DNA of 64,000 nucleotides from the NCBI GenBank assembly GCA_030141605.1, contig JAQGDQ010000004.1, positions 1,364,001 to 1,428,000 of the forward strand, given 5' to 3'. Below are positions 10,301-22,800 of the stretch, in pieces. Origin of the DNA: Tubiluchus corallicola. Lineage: Eukaryota; Animalia; Priapulida. Both the position numbers and the translations under genes were made by a program. The notes beneath the pieces were generated by a model. That model did no database searches. It worked only from the letters and a program-made list of their open reading frames with translations, and had not been told where the DNA came from. Every line of letters begins with the position of its first letter. Position 1 is the first letter of the stretch.

Positions 10301-12527
10301 CATCTTTTTTCGTAAAACATACACTATTACTAGAAGAGTTGCTTTTTGAAGTCTGGCTTTTTGAGCTGTCTTCATTGGGCTATTTACCCACGATATAATT
10401 ATGAAGATAACCTACACGCGAACGAAATTCAGAAATGTTTAAATTCCTGCGCAAATGCAAGCTGTCGGATGGGTTTTCCCGACTTTGTCGGTCGACAAAA
10501 TCGGATAGAAATCGGATCGTGTAAACCTAACATCCGACATTGTCCGACACCAGCCCGGCTGCATCAAACAACGTCCGATTTTGTCGGTGAAAGTCGGAAC
10601 GTCTAAACCGAGCATTAGACTTTGGCTACCTGCTTGTTTGTGGTCTGGAACAAACTATATCATCAACCAGGAATCATAGATTTTGGCAACAGTATGCACA
10701 ATTGCGATTCTTCTAGAAAAGTATGTGCTTTGCTCTTAAAAATTGTAATCAATTTTGCCGCTTGCCACATTGTGGGGCGAATAGACTGGAAAAAATGACA
10801 TTCAACAAGGCAGACAGGAATGTGATCCATACAGGCGATAATAATTTTATCAGGATAACAGGTATACCAGGGAAGCTTCCAGCAGAAGTTTTTTGCATTC
10901 TTTATAACCTTTTCCCCTTCCCAAGTTTAGATGGCTCATTTTGAGTCATTTACCACTTGTATATATTGACCGGTACATAGTGGTAGTAAGTCACACCACT
11001 CAGCTGCCCAGGATCTAGCAACTCAATAAAATGTTGTTTAAATTATTATCTATCAGTTCTTCATGTAACGCAACACACCTTACCATTTGTCCCAACAACG
11101 CCCAACGACTATCAATCTTTTTAGAATACTGCCTCATCTAGTTCAATAATACGGGGGGGGGACTATGATTATCTAAATTTGTTTTAATTAAACTGACAAG
11201 GGTGCAAATTATTACTAACACGAATTTGTCGATTGTTTTTTTACTTCGTTTCTGCCACACATAACAAGTTCTAACGCTGCACGAGGAGCTAATTGTTCAA
11301 ATCCAATTACGAAGTTGTACACCTTTGTCGTTAAACGCTACTGTGAACGGTGCATGGTTTAAGGGTAAGAGTAAATTTTGGTTTTGGTTTTCTTGTACAC
11401 GTGCATGTCTATTTCGTAATCACTAGCCAATTAAAGGAATGTTTACTAGTTTCAATTGAATAAGATTCACTCCGTTTTCGACTTCTTACTTTTCAGAGAG
11501 TGATATCAACACTGCCGACTCGCTTTAATTGCAAATGTTCGCAAATGTCTCGCGAGATATGGATTTGAATACAAATGTCACTGATGACTTGCAAATTTAA
11601 ATCAGCATTCAGTCAGTTTTTTCGTTAGCGTGATTTACGGTCGAAGAAAGTTAATCAACCGAACACGAAACAGCACAAAAAAACGCAAATCAATATTTTA
11701 ACGTCCAGTATTTGCTTGCTTTTAAATTATCATCGTAATCGCGACATCAGTCATTATTTTCATCTTGGTTATTGTTAACGTCTAGGTTTTCATAACGCTA
11801 ATTTTACTGTTCCCAAAATGACTGGATATCAATGTGGATTTTGTAGCTAGATGAATTTCTTGCACACTATTTAATAACCTGGTCTCAAATTTATTTATCA
11901 ATGATGTCTTAGAGATTTAGATAACGATGTTGAACTGAGGTCTGGTTTAAAGTTGTTAGTTAAAAGTTGTAACAATTTTGAAATCTTATATCATAATTAT
12001 TTCTGATCACCATACAATTACAGTATATTATAAAATTTAATATTAGAATAAGAATAAGAATGTACAGGACTGTATGGTCATTGTTGCCCTCGTATTTAGC
12101 ATTTTAATGTTGTATAATGATGTAGTACTGTCACTGTCCTTTGATGCGAAATAAACGTGTAATACAGTAATTATTGATATCCGACCTCTTTGGCTTCTCT
12201 ATTCTTGTAAGCACCGAAGAAATTTTCCACAAGCATTCTATGAATTTCCTTCTCCGTGTACATGTCTATAAACCCTATTAGGAACTACCTATTTACTTCA
12301 CTCTGTGCGCTCTATCTTCATTTCTTTATACTGCCGCACTCACCAGTTTCTGCATTCAATAACACTCGTGCACTTTATAAAACAATAGCCGATTTTCATT
12401 TTTTGACAGCCCGCGGTTTTTCGGCAATTCCACGCGTTTTGGCTGCCTTGCCACTTGCTGCAAACAGCCTCTTCTAGCTGAGTCACCAACGCGCATTATT
12501 GTTGGCTGTTCATTCCGAGAATGACAA

Positions 12528-12680
12528 CCCCACACTGTCAAAAATCAAAACAACCTTGATATGATCAAACTTGAGTGACGTTCAAAATTTTACTGTCATT
12601 CTCGTGTCCACACGGTCCTTCAACCTTCAACACTGACAAACTCGAAGATGACAGTGTTTTGAATGACCGTGTGGACGGCC
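12528..12680. mobile_element. Small palindromic MITE fragment
   Basis: gtccacacggtc (12606-12617) / gaccgtgtggac (12666-12677) inverted pair, with repeated cactgtca/tgacagtg units. Confidence 0.4.
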
Positions 12681-14407
12681 TATTAACAGTGTGTAAAGTA
12701 TGTAAGTGGTCTTACCCATGAAACACGTGAAGTAGTTAAAAAAGTTCTTACGTCACCTTTTAACTCTTTGCAAAGTAAGCGACTAAAATAGGCATAAAAG
12801 TCGGTGCCTATCCTGTGTTTCTGTTGCATTCGCATTAAAACCAGACGTAGACTCAAAATCATATCGGACATGGGTCCGCACTAGATCAACTTCAGCTACA
12901 ACTTAACTCATTATTTTATTCCTACCTAGCTCCCATTTAACATCCATCCTATTCCATTTCAATGTTTTACAAAGTTATTCAGCAATGCAATTTTATGAGT
13001 TAAGGTTTATTTTTATGAAGTTAGGCAATCTGTGCTTAATGAAAAACGCAAAATTTATATAAAACTTTTCGAGTGCACATAAATCGCAAATATGAAACGT
13101 AAATAGTTTGCGAATTAGGCGGTTATTGAACCTAGAACTTTGCCTTTTTAAACTTCTACTTTTTTGAAATAGTTCGCTTTTGCATTTACAATTAAATATT
13201 ATACTACACAATTGCTGATTTATGTCTCATTAATTTGTAATATCGAATATTTAACGTACATAGTTTGCACTAACCATTTGATGGTTTAATATTTTCCAAA
13301 AAAACAATAATGTGTATGTATTGTTGATAGCGGTGTAGGTATCACGCTAGTGCTGGTGGTACGGTGGTGAAAAGTGGTGGCTTATGTTAGATTAGTGAAT
13401 GAAAGTTAATGGCATTCTCGTATGAGATGTGATTCTCGACATGTAGGTTTTGATTTTTTCATCTTCAAGTAATAGACCATGTCGAAGACCGCCATAATAG
13501 GTTGTATGAATTTTTGTTTGACACTCGCTTTGTGCTGTTTCTTTCACCTCACTTATTCAAGGGCCGCGAGGATGGTGATTTTTTATCAATTGCTCGTGAG
13601 ACTGAACTCGAAAAATCAATTATAAGAGTTCATGCGCTTCGTTCTGCATTCCGTCACATAACTGTTTTTTCCTCTGTCGAGCTTAATCATCTCAGTCTGG
13701 AGCGGTGCTAGATGCCATCTTATCTCACCCATCTCTCAAATCGTGGCTTTGGGAGATTGAATGTAGACTGCAAATACTTGCTTGTGCACCCTTACACAGT
13801 TAACCCTTGCAGGTGTCACTGCCATATCTCAAGGTCTTGTTCAGGTTATGAAAGAATCCAATCAAATTCTTTGCCGGAAGAAATTTGCCGGACTAATCAA
13901 TGCAAAGCTTCCACTAGTCAGATATTCCCACCATTTGGGCGTCTTAGTTCAAGTCACCCAAGTTATTACAGCACAGCCACGCAGTAGATAGTGAATGACA
14001 AAGTTTCAAAGATAACGATAAAGTGAAAACTAGGGCACACTGCTCAATCGCGCTTGAGCAAAATGCAATGGATCAGGTACAGTACAGTCAGGTGACAATT
14101 AGTGATAGCACTAAGTCTTGATAACACCATATGCATTGGTTAGACACAGTTGAGCGTAATAATCTACAAGCATTGACATGGAGTTTCGGCTTTTTTGATA
14201 CAGTCAGTTTGGTCAAAAACAGTTAAATACAGGCGAATTTTGATACGTGTTTGCCACAGTTTTCTTTGGACATAGGTAAATTTAGTTAATTTTCATCTTA
14301 GTGTCTGTTGGACACAAGGCACAAGGAATATTAGGCGCAGGTCAATGAACATTTATACAATAATAACAACAACAATAGATTACAACAACAAGAACAACGA
14401 CAAAAAT

Positions 14408-14468
14408 AGTGGTGGTGGTGGTGGTGGTGGTGGTGGTGGTGGTGGTGGTGGTGGTGGTGGTGGTGGTG

Positions 14469-14504
<36 letters not shown>

Positions 14505-14507
14505 GTT

Positions 14508-14582
<75 letters not shown>
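14408..14582. repeat. Compound (GGT)n(AGT)n microsatellite
   Basis: Directly visible. Confidence 0.97.
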
Positions 14583-14767
14583 ACCTTTATTTGAAGTCAG
14601 CTTTAAATTTAACAGACAACACACGAGGTTTTTGTTTTGTCCGGCCAATTATCACCAGTCAGGCAAGGTATTATTTTTTAAAGGCTTTAGTATAACCTAG
14701 CCGCGGTATCGAACACACGACCGCCAAATGGAAAACAGACACATTACCCATCAGACTATGTGGTGTC
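14583..14767 (-). mobile_element. tRNA-derived SINE
   Basis: Minus strand has A-box-like tagtctgatggg and B-box gttcgatacc, then ggttatactaaagcc...; ends aataaagg running into the (CTA)n tail. Confidence 0.6.
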
Positions 14768-15239
14768 GTAGAATGTGTTTTAATTATGAAATTCACAACG
14801 CTGGAAGAATGACACTTCAATTTTAGGATTTCTTACGTATCTGTACCTTTACATATGCATTCTGTAAGCACCACGTTAGATGACCCTATTTCACGTTTCT
14901 GAGTTCTAACCATAGATGTTTTAACTCGTTTTAGGCTACTATGTTATTTAGTTTTGTATACTTGTATTTTTTCCTGTGAAGTAACGGTAACAACACTGAC
15001 GGCGTCTCAAAATTTAAATCTTACTAGAAGTACTTGGGCAAATTTTAGCGAACGGCTGTGTTTTGCCTTTAATGTAGAAATCTTAGCATTATTTGTTACT
15101 TTCTGGCAAAACACAAATTTCTAATAACTACCATTAAGTTAAAATGAAACTGATGTTATAGAAACACACATGTACACCTTTATTGTCCTATACATGTATG
15201 CACTTATTGTCGTCTAATATTTACGCGTGTATTACGTTT

Positions 15240-15435
15240 TTTGTCGAAATTTCAGTTTGTAGGACAGTATGTGCCGTGTGTCCAGACGTCTCTGTACCCA
15301 ATGTGCCGCCTGTCCTAAACTATCTGTGGTCAATACGCCTTGTGTCGAAATTTACATGTGTCCAAACGTGCCTGTGTACAAAGTAAATGTGTCTAACGTT
15401 CCGTGTGCCTAAATGTCCATGTGACAAAAAGTGTG
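15240..15435. repeat. Degenerate ~15-bp tandem array (tgtgtccaaacgtcc-like), probably a transposon arm
   Basis: Periodic tgtgtcc/tgtgcc units. Confidence 0.45.
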
Positions 15436-16242
15436 TAATGAACAAGCATAGTTATTAGCAGCAGCTAGCCACATTTGACCAGATATGGTCAAGTCTAAAC
15501 ACGGCGCTATGATCACTTGCATGACGCTGACTTGTGACTGGAAAATATTACGCAGAAGTGGCTAAGAAAATATCGAAAATTCGTATCGCGCTCGGATTGG
15601 TTGAAGCCATACTTATCTTTATAAATCGACAATTTAATCTTGTCTAGAATATTGCAGGCACATATGGGCTGGTGCCACTTCGTTACCTTCAATTCGTTAC
15701 CATTTGCCAGATGACAAAATCGCATTGTGTCAGTGTGGCTGGAGCTAATAAATGTCAACGCAGGAGTGCCTTACTCATCGAAGATCAGTTGTTACATTAA
15801 TCGCCTTTATCACTATATTTTTTGTAGATGTTCTTTTGAGTTTTTATTAATAGTTCTTAAACATTATCAGTTAGCAACGCTATCAGTTATTACAGCTTTT
15901 TAGTAATACTCGTTTTTATGCGTCTTCCATAGACTTACCTTTGATATTCATATGTACAGAACGGCTGCTTCTAAATCTAGTTTTCCCTCTGTCTTTATGT
16001 TTGGAATTCTTTACCAGAAAATTGTTTCCCTGAAAACTAAATCGAAGCTCATCCATTTCAAGAAGAACTTTAACGGATACCTCATATTACTAGCAAATAA
16101 GTTATACACATCCTCAGCTGGGACGATTTGTTAAAAAATTACATTGCTTTAATCGAGTTTAAACGAACATAAAAATTTATTAATAAAATATCAAAAATAA
16201 GCAAATCTGTCAAATGAAAAAACAAACAAACACATGCTTGTG

Positions 16243-17517
16243 TTATGAAATATTGTTATGATAATTCGTTATGTTTTCGTATGGGTTATCACGGATTACA
16301 TAATTCTGAGCTTTGTTAAAACGCCATTGTTGCTGCGACGTCTTGCCCTTCGCATGTTCAGATAAGTTTAGAAGAGTATTCTCAGCACTACTGCTGCTTC
16401 TCTTACTGATTTCAACACTTATATCAGGACTTGCATTTTGTTCAGGACATTTATGAATCTCTATAGCTGGTGTATAGTCACACATGCTCGTCCCGTACCA
16501 ACTCTTTCTGGCAAAAGTCCGAGAAAATATCGTTTCCTCGGGTTTCAAAAAGCACAGCATTTTTAAGAACAGAAACCGGAACCTTCTGCCAAATATGAAA
16601 TATATAATAAAGTTAACGGAAGAGTTGAATGTGACCATAAAATTGCTGAGCTGGACTATGATAATGTGGTTGTACCGGTAGCCGGCGACTTCCATAACGC
16701 TGATCACCATGGCGCCTGTGTTACATACAATGAATATGATAACTATACAAATGAGCATCATGGCTGTGTGCATTTCTTTTTCTTGCCACCGAGACATCTT
16801 CTGGCGATCTTTGTAAGCTTTCCTCACACGTCTGATAATCAGTAAATTAAAAACAGTAAGCACCAAAAAGGGTAAGAAGTACATAATTGGCAGATACAAC
16901 CAAACATAGTAAATCTCGACGTACAGTTCGTTGCGCCTGAGCTCTGACTTGTCATACCAGTAACGCGTGGAATTACCAGTATGGTCTAACAACACATCCA
17001 CTTCCCAAAAACGTGGCATATTGTAAATGAATGATAAAATAAAGACAACTGAAATGACATATTTTGCTCGTTTTATTGTACACATAGATCTTGCTTGCAA
17101 AGGATGACATATAGCGATGTAACGTTCGATGGTGACGGAAACCGTCGCCCATATGGAACCAGTTTGCGAAAACAAGGCAATGGGGTACAGAAACTTGATG
17201 ATGTATGGATAATTTGATATAAATCGCTTCATGTGTCCAGTATGAGCGTAAATGGATGGAATACTGAAGACCAAGATAGCAGTTACAATAAGTGTGGTGT
17301 CGTACACGCCTAGTGCACAGAGGTAGAAATTAATGGATGATCTCATCTCTTTTCTGCAGAGGATAATTAACGAAAAGATGTTTCCCATGATGCCTAATAT
17401 ACCTACAATGATCATCAGCACGCCACTGACAATGAAATCGGTGAAGATGTCATTAGTTGTTGGGTCAAGTGACTTGCAGTCCGTGCAGTTCGTGTCCTCA
17501 CTGTAATTAACTTCCAT
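16243..17517 (-). CDS. FMRFaR: FMRFamide-receptor-like class A neuropeptide GPCR (424 aa, single coding exon)
   Basis: Seven hydrophobic segments; GN in TM1, SVTIERYIAICHPL, YNMPRFWE, ELRRNELY..IY..WLY, NSSVNFIIY, all typical of the FMRFaR family; first in-frame ATG at 17517; splice acceptor ttcttctag| at 17596. Confidence 0.9.
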   Translation of the reverse strand: MEVNYSEDTNCTDCKSLDPTTNDIFTDFIVSGVLMIIVGILGIMGNIFSLIILCRKEMRSSINFYLCALGVYDTTLIVTAILVFSIPSIYAHTGHMKRFISNYPYIIKFLYPIALFSQTGSIWATVSVTIERYIAICHPLQARSMCTIKRAKYVISVVFILSFIYNMPRFWEVDVLLDHTGNSTRYWYDKSELRRNELYVEIYYVWLYLPIMYFLPFLVLTVFNLLIIRRVRKAYKDRQKMSRWQEKEMHTAMMLICIVIIFIVCNTGAMVISVMEVAGYRYNHIIIVQLSNFMVTFNSSVNFIIYFIFGRRFRFLFLKMLCFLKPEETIFSRTFARKSWYGTSMCDYTPAIEIHKCPEQNASPDISVEISKRSSSSAENTLLNLSEHAKGKTSQQQWRFNKAQNYVIRDNPYENITNYHNNIS

Positions 17518-20500
17518 TACTTGTCTTGCATAGCAAGTATTCACACCATTTGCTTCGCTTCCTCACACAAGTGCTTACCGCATTTTCTCTAGACACCTAG
17601 AAGAAAAATAATCGGTTTAAGAGACTATTAAGTGTTATGCAGGATTACTTTACCTGCGCTGTGTCGAGAGAACTTTCTACATCACTTGCTGGAACAAAAT
17701 CGTGTTTTTAATAACATGGAATAAACTTAATGACAGCTTCTTTATTTAAATTTTTGAAGCTAACGGACTGTACCAATAAAAATAACAATTAATTATTAAT
17801 ATCGATTACTTTCGAGACAAATAAACATTTAAATTTGCACGTGTTTTTAGCTAGTGTTAGTAAATGAGAAGCTGCGATATTGCTATGCCTTTTCCTTGAA
17901 ACATTTCACTTGTATTAATTTTTTAGGATTCTAAAGTTGTTTTTTATCTTGCTGACTTTAGGTGCGCCCTTTGAATTTCCACTTCGCTAACTACAAGCTT
18001 GCGACAGCGCGAAGAAACAAGCCTCTTACCCGAAACCGTCTTTCAGCCTTGCATAATTGCTTTAGCTGCACAAAGAATTACGCAAATAATTAGATTTTAC
18101 TTGGTTCATAAGGCGGAAAATAATGTCGTTTTCTTGTTTTGTGGAGTAGTAACAGGATTTGAGGAATGAAGATCAGTGTCATTTTTAGAAAGGTATAGAT
18201 TATCCAAGCCGCAATTCGATAAGTAGTATATACCATTAGAAGGAAAATAATTGGCTCGAGAAAATAGAGGTACTGTATTCAAAGATTGGTTTCCACAAGA
18301 AAGACGATAAATAAGATTATAAACTTATAACTGTAGGTGCCCTGAACTAGTATTAGAAGTTAGTTTAATATTTTAGTCGAAAATATTCTCGCACAAAACA
18401 GCTGTCTGGGACTCAACAAGAGCTTCATTGCTTTGGACACCTATCGAAAATCAGATGGGGCGTGTCTTAATGCGAAAACATCACTTTTAGTTAAGAAGCT
18501 CTATTCTCAAGTCAAACTAACGTTAGTTTAATACATTTTTTGGTTTTCATTTTTTTATTCAGATTTTTCTCGTAAAACAAGTAAAACACCAGCAGCAACA
18601 GTGGCAGCAGCCTTGTAGTGGAATAGCAGTAGAGAAAATTTATGGAAAGGGGTCAGACTTCCCGTGATTGATTCGTGTTACAACGATGGTCAGTTTTAAT
18701 TTCCATTTGTGTTCGATAATACAGAGTAAACTCTCAATCAGTTAAATGAAGTGAAAAAGACCGAGAAAGGCCGGCTCTTGTTTGGTAGGTATAGATTTTG
18801 AGTGAACTGCTGAGAGGTTCTTAAGTTAACGAATTACGTTTAATTACATTAGAATCAATGTTTGTAGCAGTAAAAATTTATTAACTATCTTAAATGTTAT
18901 TAAACATAATGAAATGGGGGCATAAATGCATGCAAGACTTCAAATACAATATTGCTCACGACCTCATAAAATTTTATTAGTGGTCTTTTTTTATCTGCAG
19001 ATTCATAGTGATGAACTGAAATGCGTTTCTTCTTCATTGTGGATTTTGCTTAATCGTATCTATTCATGCCATAAAAAATTATCTTGGAATTATCATAGAA
19101 AACTAGGATTGGAGGGGGCAATGTTCAAAGATTACCAATTCAGACTCTGATAATTGAGAATTGTAATAGAAATGCTTTAACTTTCCTCGACATTGCTAGT
19201 AGATACTTAAAAAACTCTTGATTAGCAGAAGATCTTCACAGCAACAGCGACTTACATGAAACTTACAACATTATACACAGGATCTGTAAGGCTTTTGTAA
19301 ACTTGTTGACGAAATTGTATGGTAAGTTGAGTATGATTTGGCATGCTTTTTCTTCAAAGGACGTTTAGCTAGCGTTTGGAGTAATGTGAGTTAGCCGCTG
19401 AGCTTAATCGAGCATGAGAAATAAACAGCCAATTGGCAAAACTATCTACAGTCGTCCAATAGTCAAAGACCAGCGTTCTTCAGAAACCTCCTGCAGGAAC
19501 ATATATTCAAAGTCCTGAGTTTAGCATTAGTACACTGGAAAGCAGCCCTGTCTGTGGATATCTGGCAATTTGTGTTCTGGAAACATTTATAAAAATTTTC
19601 CGTTTATATGAGGATTTAGGACAAACTGTCCTTGATCTAGAGAAAAATGTTGAGTGAACAGTTTTGACGATTTCTTGTGGAAGTTACAGGCTTCGTCTCC
19701 CTGCAAGTGTGTTTAACAGTTTCACCTGCCCTTCAAGGAAGCGCTTGACTATTTTAGCCTTCCTTGGTGCTGAAATACTGTTACGGTAGTATAGTGAACT
19801 TCAGCGATTGGTGCAGAATCTAACGCCGTCTATACCTTGCTCCACAGTCAAAGAGTTGTAAAAACGCTAATACCCCAGCCATAAAAAAGCATGCCAGTCT
19901 ACTATTTCTTTATAATTACTCGGTTTGTGTAACATACGAGGTTATTACATCGGCGGTTTGGACAAAGGCGTCGCAGTGTTTGATGAAGATGGGTAGCCGA
20001 GAAGGTCATTACAAAGCAATGACTAGTACATGGGATTAAAGGGAGTTGACGTGGAATAAACCGCATAAGCCATGTTCGCAATCATTTAGGATTTTAGGAA
20101 GCGAGCTATTATTGATCATGTGCGTGCTAAACCGATCGATTCACTTGGGAATGACATGCGACGATAAAGCGGCAAATCTTACAAGATTTAATTTTTGAGC
20201 TTTGTCTTCTTCGATGACCATTATTGAACTGCTAGTGTGATGCTTGGATTGATGGTCAAAAAATTAGTCGTTTTGTAATATAGGCTATTCTACATTTCAC
20301 ATTTAACCCAATAAAATCGCTCTACAGAGCATCGCGTTTCGAGTTCGATTTGTTTGTTTGTTTTTTATTTGTTTGTATGGTTTTCACCTGTTTGTGTGCT
20401 TGTGTGTGTGTTTGTTTGCTTATTTGTCGATCTAATCCTAAAATGCCCTTGAGGTTATAAAATGTCTCACATGAGGGGGCAAATGACAGTGTTTCAGATT

Positions 20501-20811
20501 AATCACTTCGAACAAGGTTAGCAACAAGAAATATAAAGTTAAATGTGAAAATGAATATAAAATCACGTAGGTCAAGAAAAATACAATTCCTGCAAATAAT
20601 TTTCTAATGAAAGGATGCATCTGTTGATTTATTCTTGTGTAGTCAACAGGGAAACAATTTTCTTACGAAAGATTGCACGTATATGAAGCCCCGATGGGAG
20701 ATCGGTTTATTATAAGTAGACCCAAGCAGATTGACAATATATGATCTACAGTAAGCAACCGATAGGGGAAAATCAAACACAAGGAAACAGTTTACTTCAG
20801 GCCTTCTTTAC

Positions 20812-21068
20812 ATATATTATATTATATTATATTATTATATTGTATTGTATTGTATTGTATTGTATTGTATTGTATTGTATTGTATTGTATTGTATTGTAT
20901 TGTATTGTATTGTATTGTATTGTATTGTATTGTATCGTATCGTATCGTATCGTATCGTATCGTATCGTATCGTATCGTATCGTATCGTATAGTATCGTAT
21001 CGTATCGTATCGTATCGTATCGTATCGTATCGTATCGTATCGTATCATATCATATCATATTATATTAT
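20812..21068. repeat. Pentanucleotide microsatellite TATTA/TATTG/TATCG/TATCA
   Basis: Directly visible. Confidence 0.97.
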
Positions 21069-22489
21069 AAGTATTCAATTAAAAGCTCAAAACTATGAAT
21101 GTTCAATTAAGAAACTAGAACAGGCAGAGGTCAAAGTCATAGTGAAGTTCTATTAATAAAGTATCAACTTACAATGTCTTACCTATACATCACCCAAATT
21201 ATGTCAAGAATTTCTATGGAAAATCTTGGCTTATTCGTAATTAAGTGTCCATCTGGAAGTTATTAACCTGAGCAGATAAGCACTAATTTGCTACGGTTAG
21301 CTTGTGAGTTGCCGTTGATGTATTGTCTGTCATGTGTAATGTCTGGACGGAAACTTCAGGTCTACTAACTTGGTGATTATAGCAATGAAATAAAAATAAA
21401 TTAAACATTATGCACTCTTACTGTAGCGGTTAATTTAAAAGCGTCATTTGCAAATGGAAGCAGAACGAGATTGTGGCCTACAAACTATACGTTATTAAGT
21501 TTCTTCAACAGTAGACTGTTTTGAAAAGAATACTATGGTCCAGTTATAAATTGTAGTGATAAATTTGGAGGTGGGTGTACTGTCCAAACAGTCTGACTTG
21601 GTGGAAATTGGAATCCGAGGGAGACCGCGCTCCCCCCGACTTTGCTGACTAAATGTATTAAGAGCCCTATATATTGTAGCTAGACATAGATTTTTATGTT
21701 TAATCATTGCTTGCAAGACTTGGGCTTATAAAACTAAGAAAATTTCAATAAATAAACATACTTAACATTAGTAAAATGCTCTGCAGGAGAAAAATATGAA
21801 TCAAAATTTTATAATAGTCTGCAGTTTTCCTTTTTTACATTTTGCATTGCTATGCACTGTAGGTTTCGTCAATGACGTAAGCTCAAATGGAGTTCACATC
21901 AAGAACCGTATTAATGCAGATCTATTCATTAAAATTTCATAATAGAATCCATGGACTTTTCCGTGTATACATTTGCGTTAGAAATACATTGCAGCAGTAG
22001 TATAAATTAGCGAAATCATAAAATGATTAACAACCAAGGAAAACGTTTCCTGAACGTGTTGATAATTCACTAATAATTGTTTTATAATATAACCATCTCT
22101 TCTGTTCTAAGTTATTGTAATGAGGAAATTTTTATATGCTTGCAAACTACATTAAAATTGATTTAGAAAGACCAATAGAGAAAATGCATAAGGCTCGTTG
22201 GTAAGATTAACGAATTCCTTGATTAATTAATTAATTAATGATTAATGGAAAGATTAATGAACTGATTCCTGATCACACTGTTCTGTATGTCTCTGAATAC
22301 GATAAAGAAAAGTATGGCAGACAATCGTCACCCTTTTCATGAAGAATTTACATTTTTTCCACCCTATGTATAAGATTAAATGTTTCCTTTTGAAGATCGT
22401 TAAATTTTCATTTCTTTCTACGGCTAACAAAGTATTCAATTGTAGCTAAACACCTTTTCAATCATTGTACTTCGTTTGAATCTAAGAAA

Positions 22490-22800
22490 ACTATGTCTAA
22501 TCAGTCACTGAGAAAAATGATGACTATCTCAATGGTTCAGTTATATACACGCAATCATACCCTACTCTTTTTCTATAAGTATATTCATCACTTTAGTGTG
22601 CCACTTTTAAATAATAAAATTCTTTTTCTGGAAACTATCTACAAAAATTACAGAACATTGAATGTGTCTACAAAAATCAAATATCGGCACGAAAGTATAT
22701 CCAAAATTGCGATAAATTTATGGAATAAGCAACCATAGCACGTAAAGCAAGAATTTATATTAAAAAATTATAAAAAGTGATTAAAGTAGCAGTAATAACA
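22490..22800 (+). mobile_element. Degenerate LINE (L2/Crack-like) ORF2 3' remnant
   Basis: HHFSVPLLNNKILFLETIYK...SISKIAINLWNKQP resembles the C-terminus of the LINE at 27828-28260; contains stops. Confidence 0.45.

Larger units (their letters stand above)
9538..10615. mobile_element. Internally deleted PIF/Harbinger transposon
   Basis: TIRs atacccggtttacacgatccgac / gtcggaacgtctaaaccgagcat; many subterminal tccgac/gtcgga repeats; remnants of both Harbinger genes in convergent orientation. Confidence 0.85.

Noticed and set aside
13502-13991. Cluster of short plus-strand ORFs
   Set aside because: No recognisable domain or consistent exon structure
14331-14695. Homopolymeric or dipeptide ORFs here and at 20741-21156, 28673-29004, 33899-34162, 43230-43673, 46961-47214 and 49992-50319
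   Set aside because: Stop-free translations of microsatellites, not genes
17518-17544. ORF-track GTG start for the GPCR
   Set aside because: Eukaryotic gene; the first in-frame ATG is at 17517
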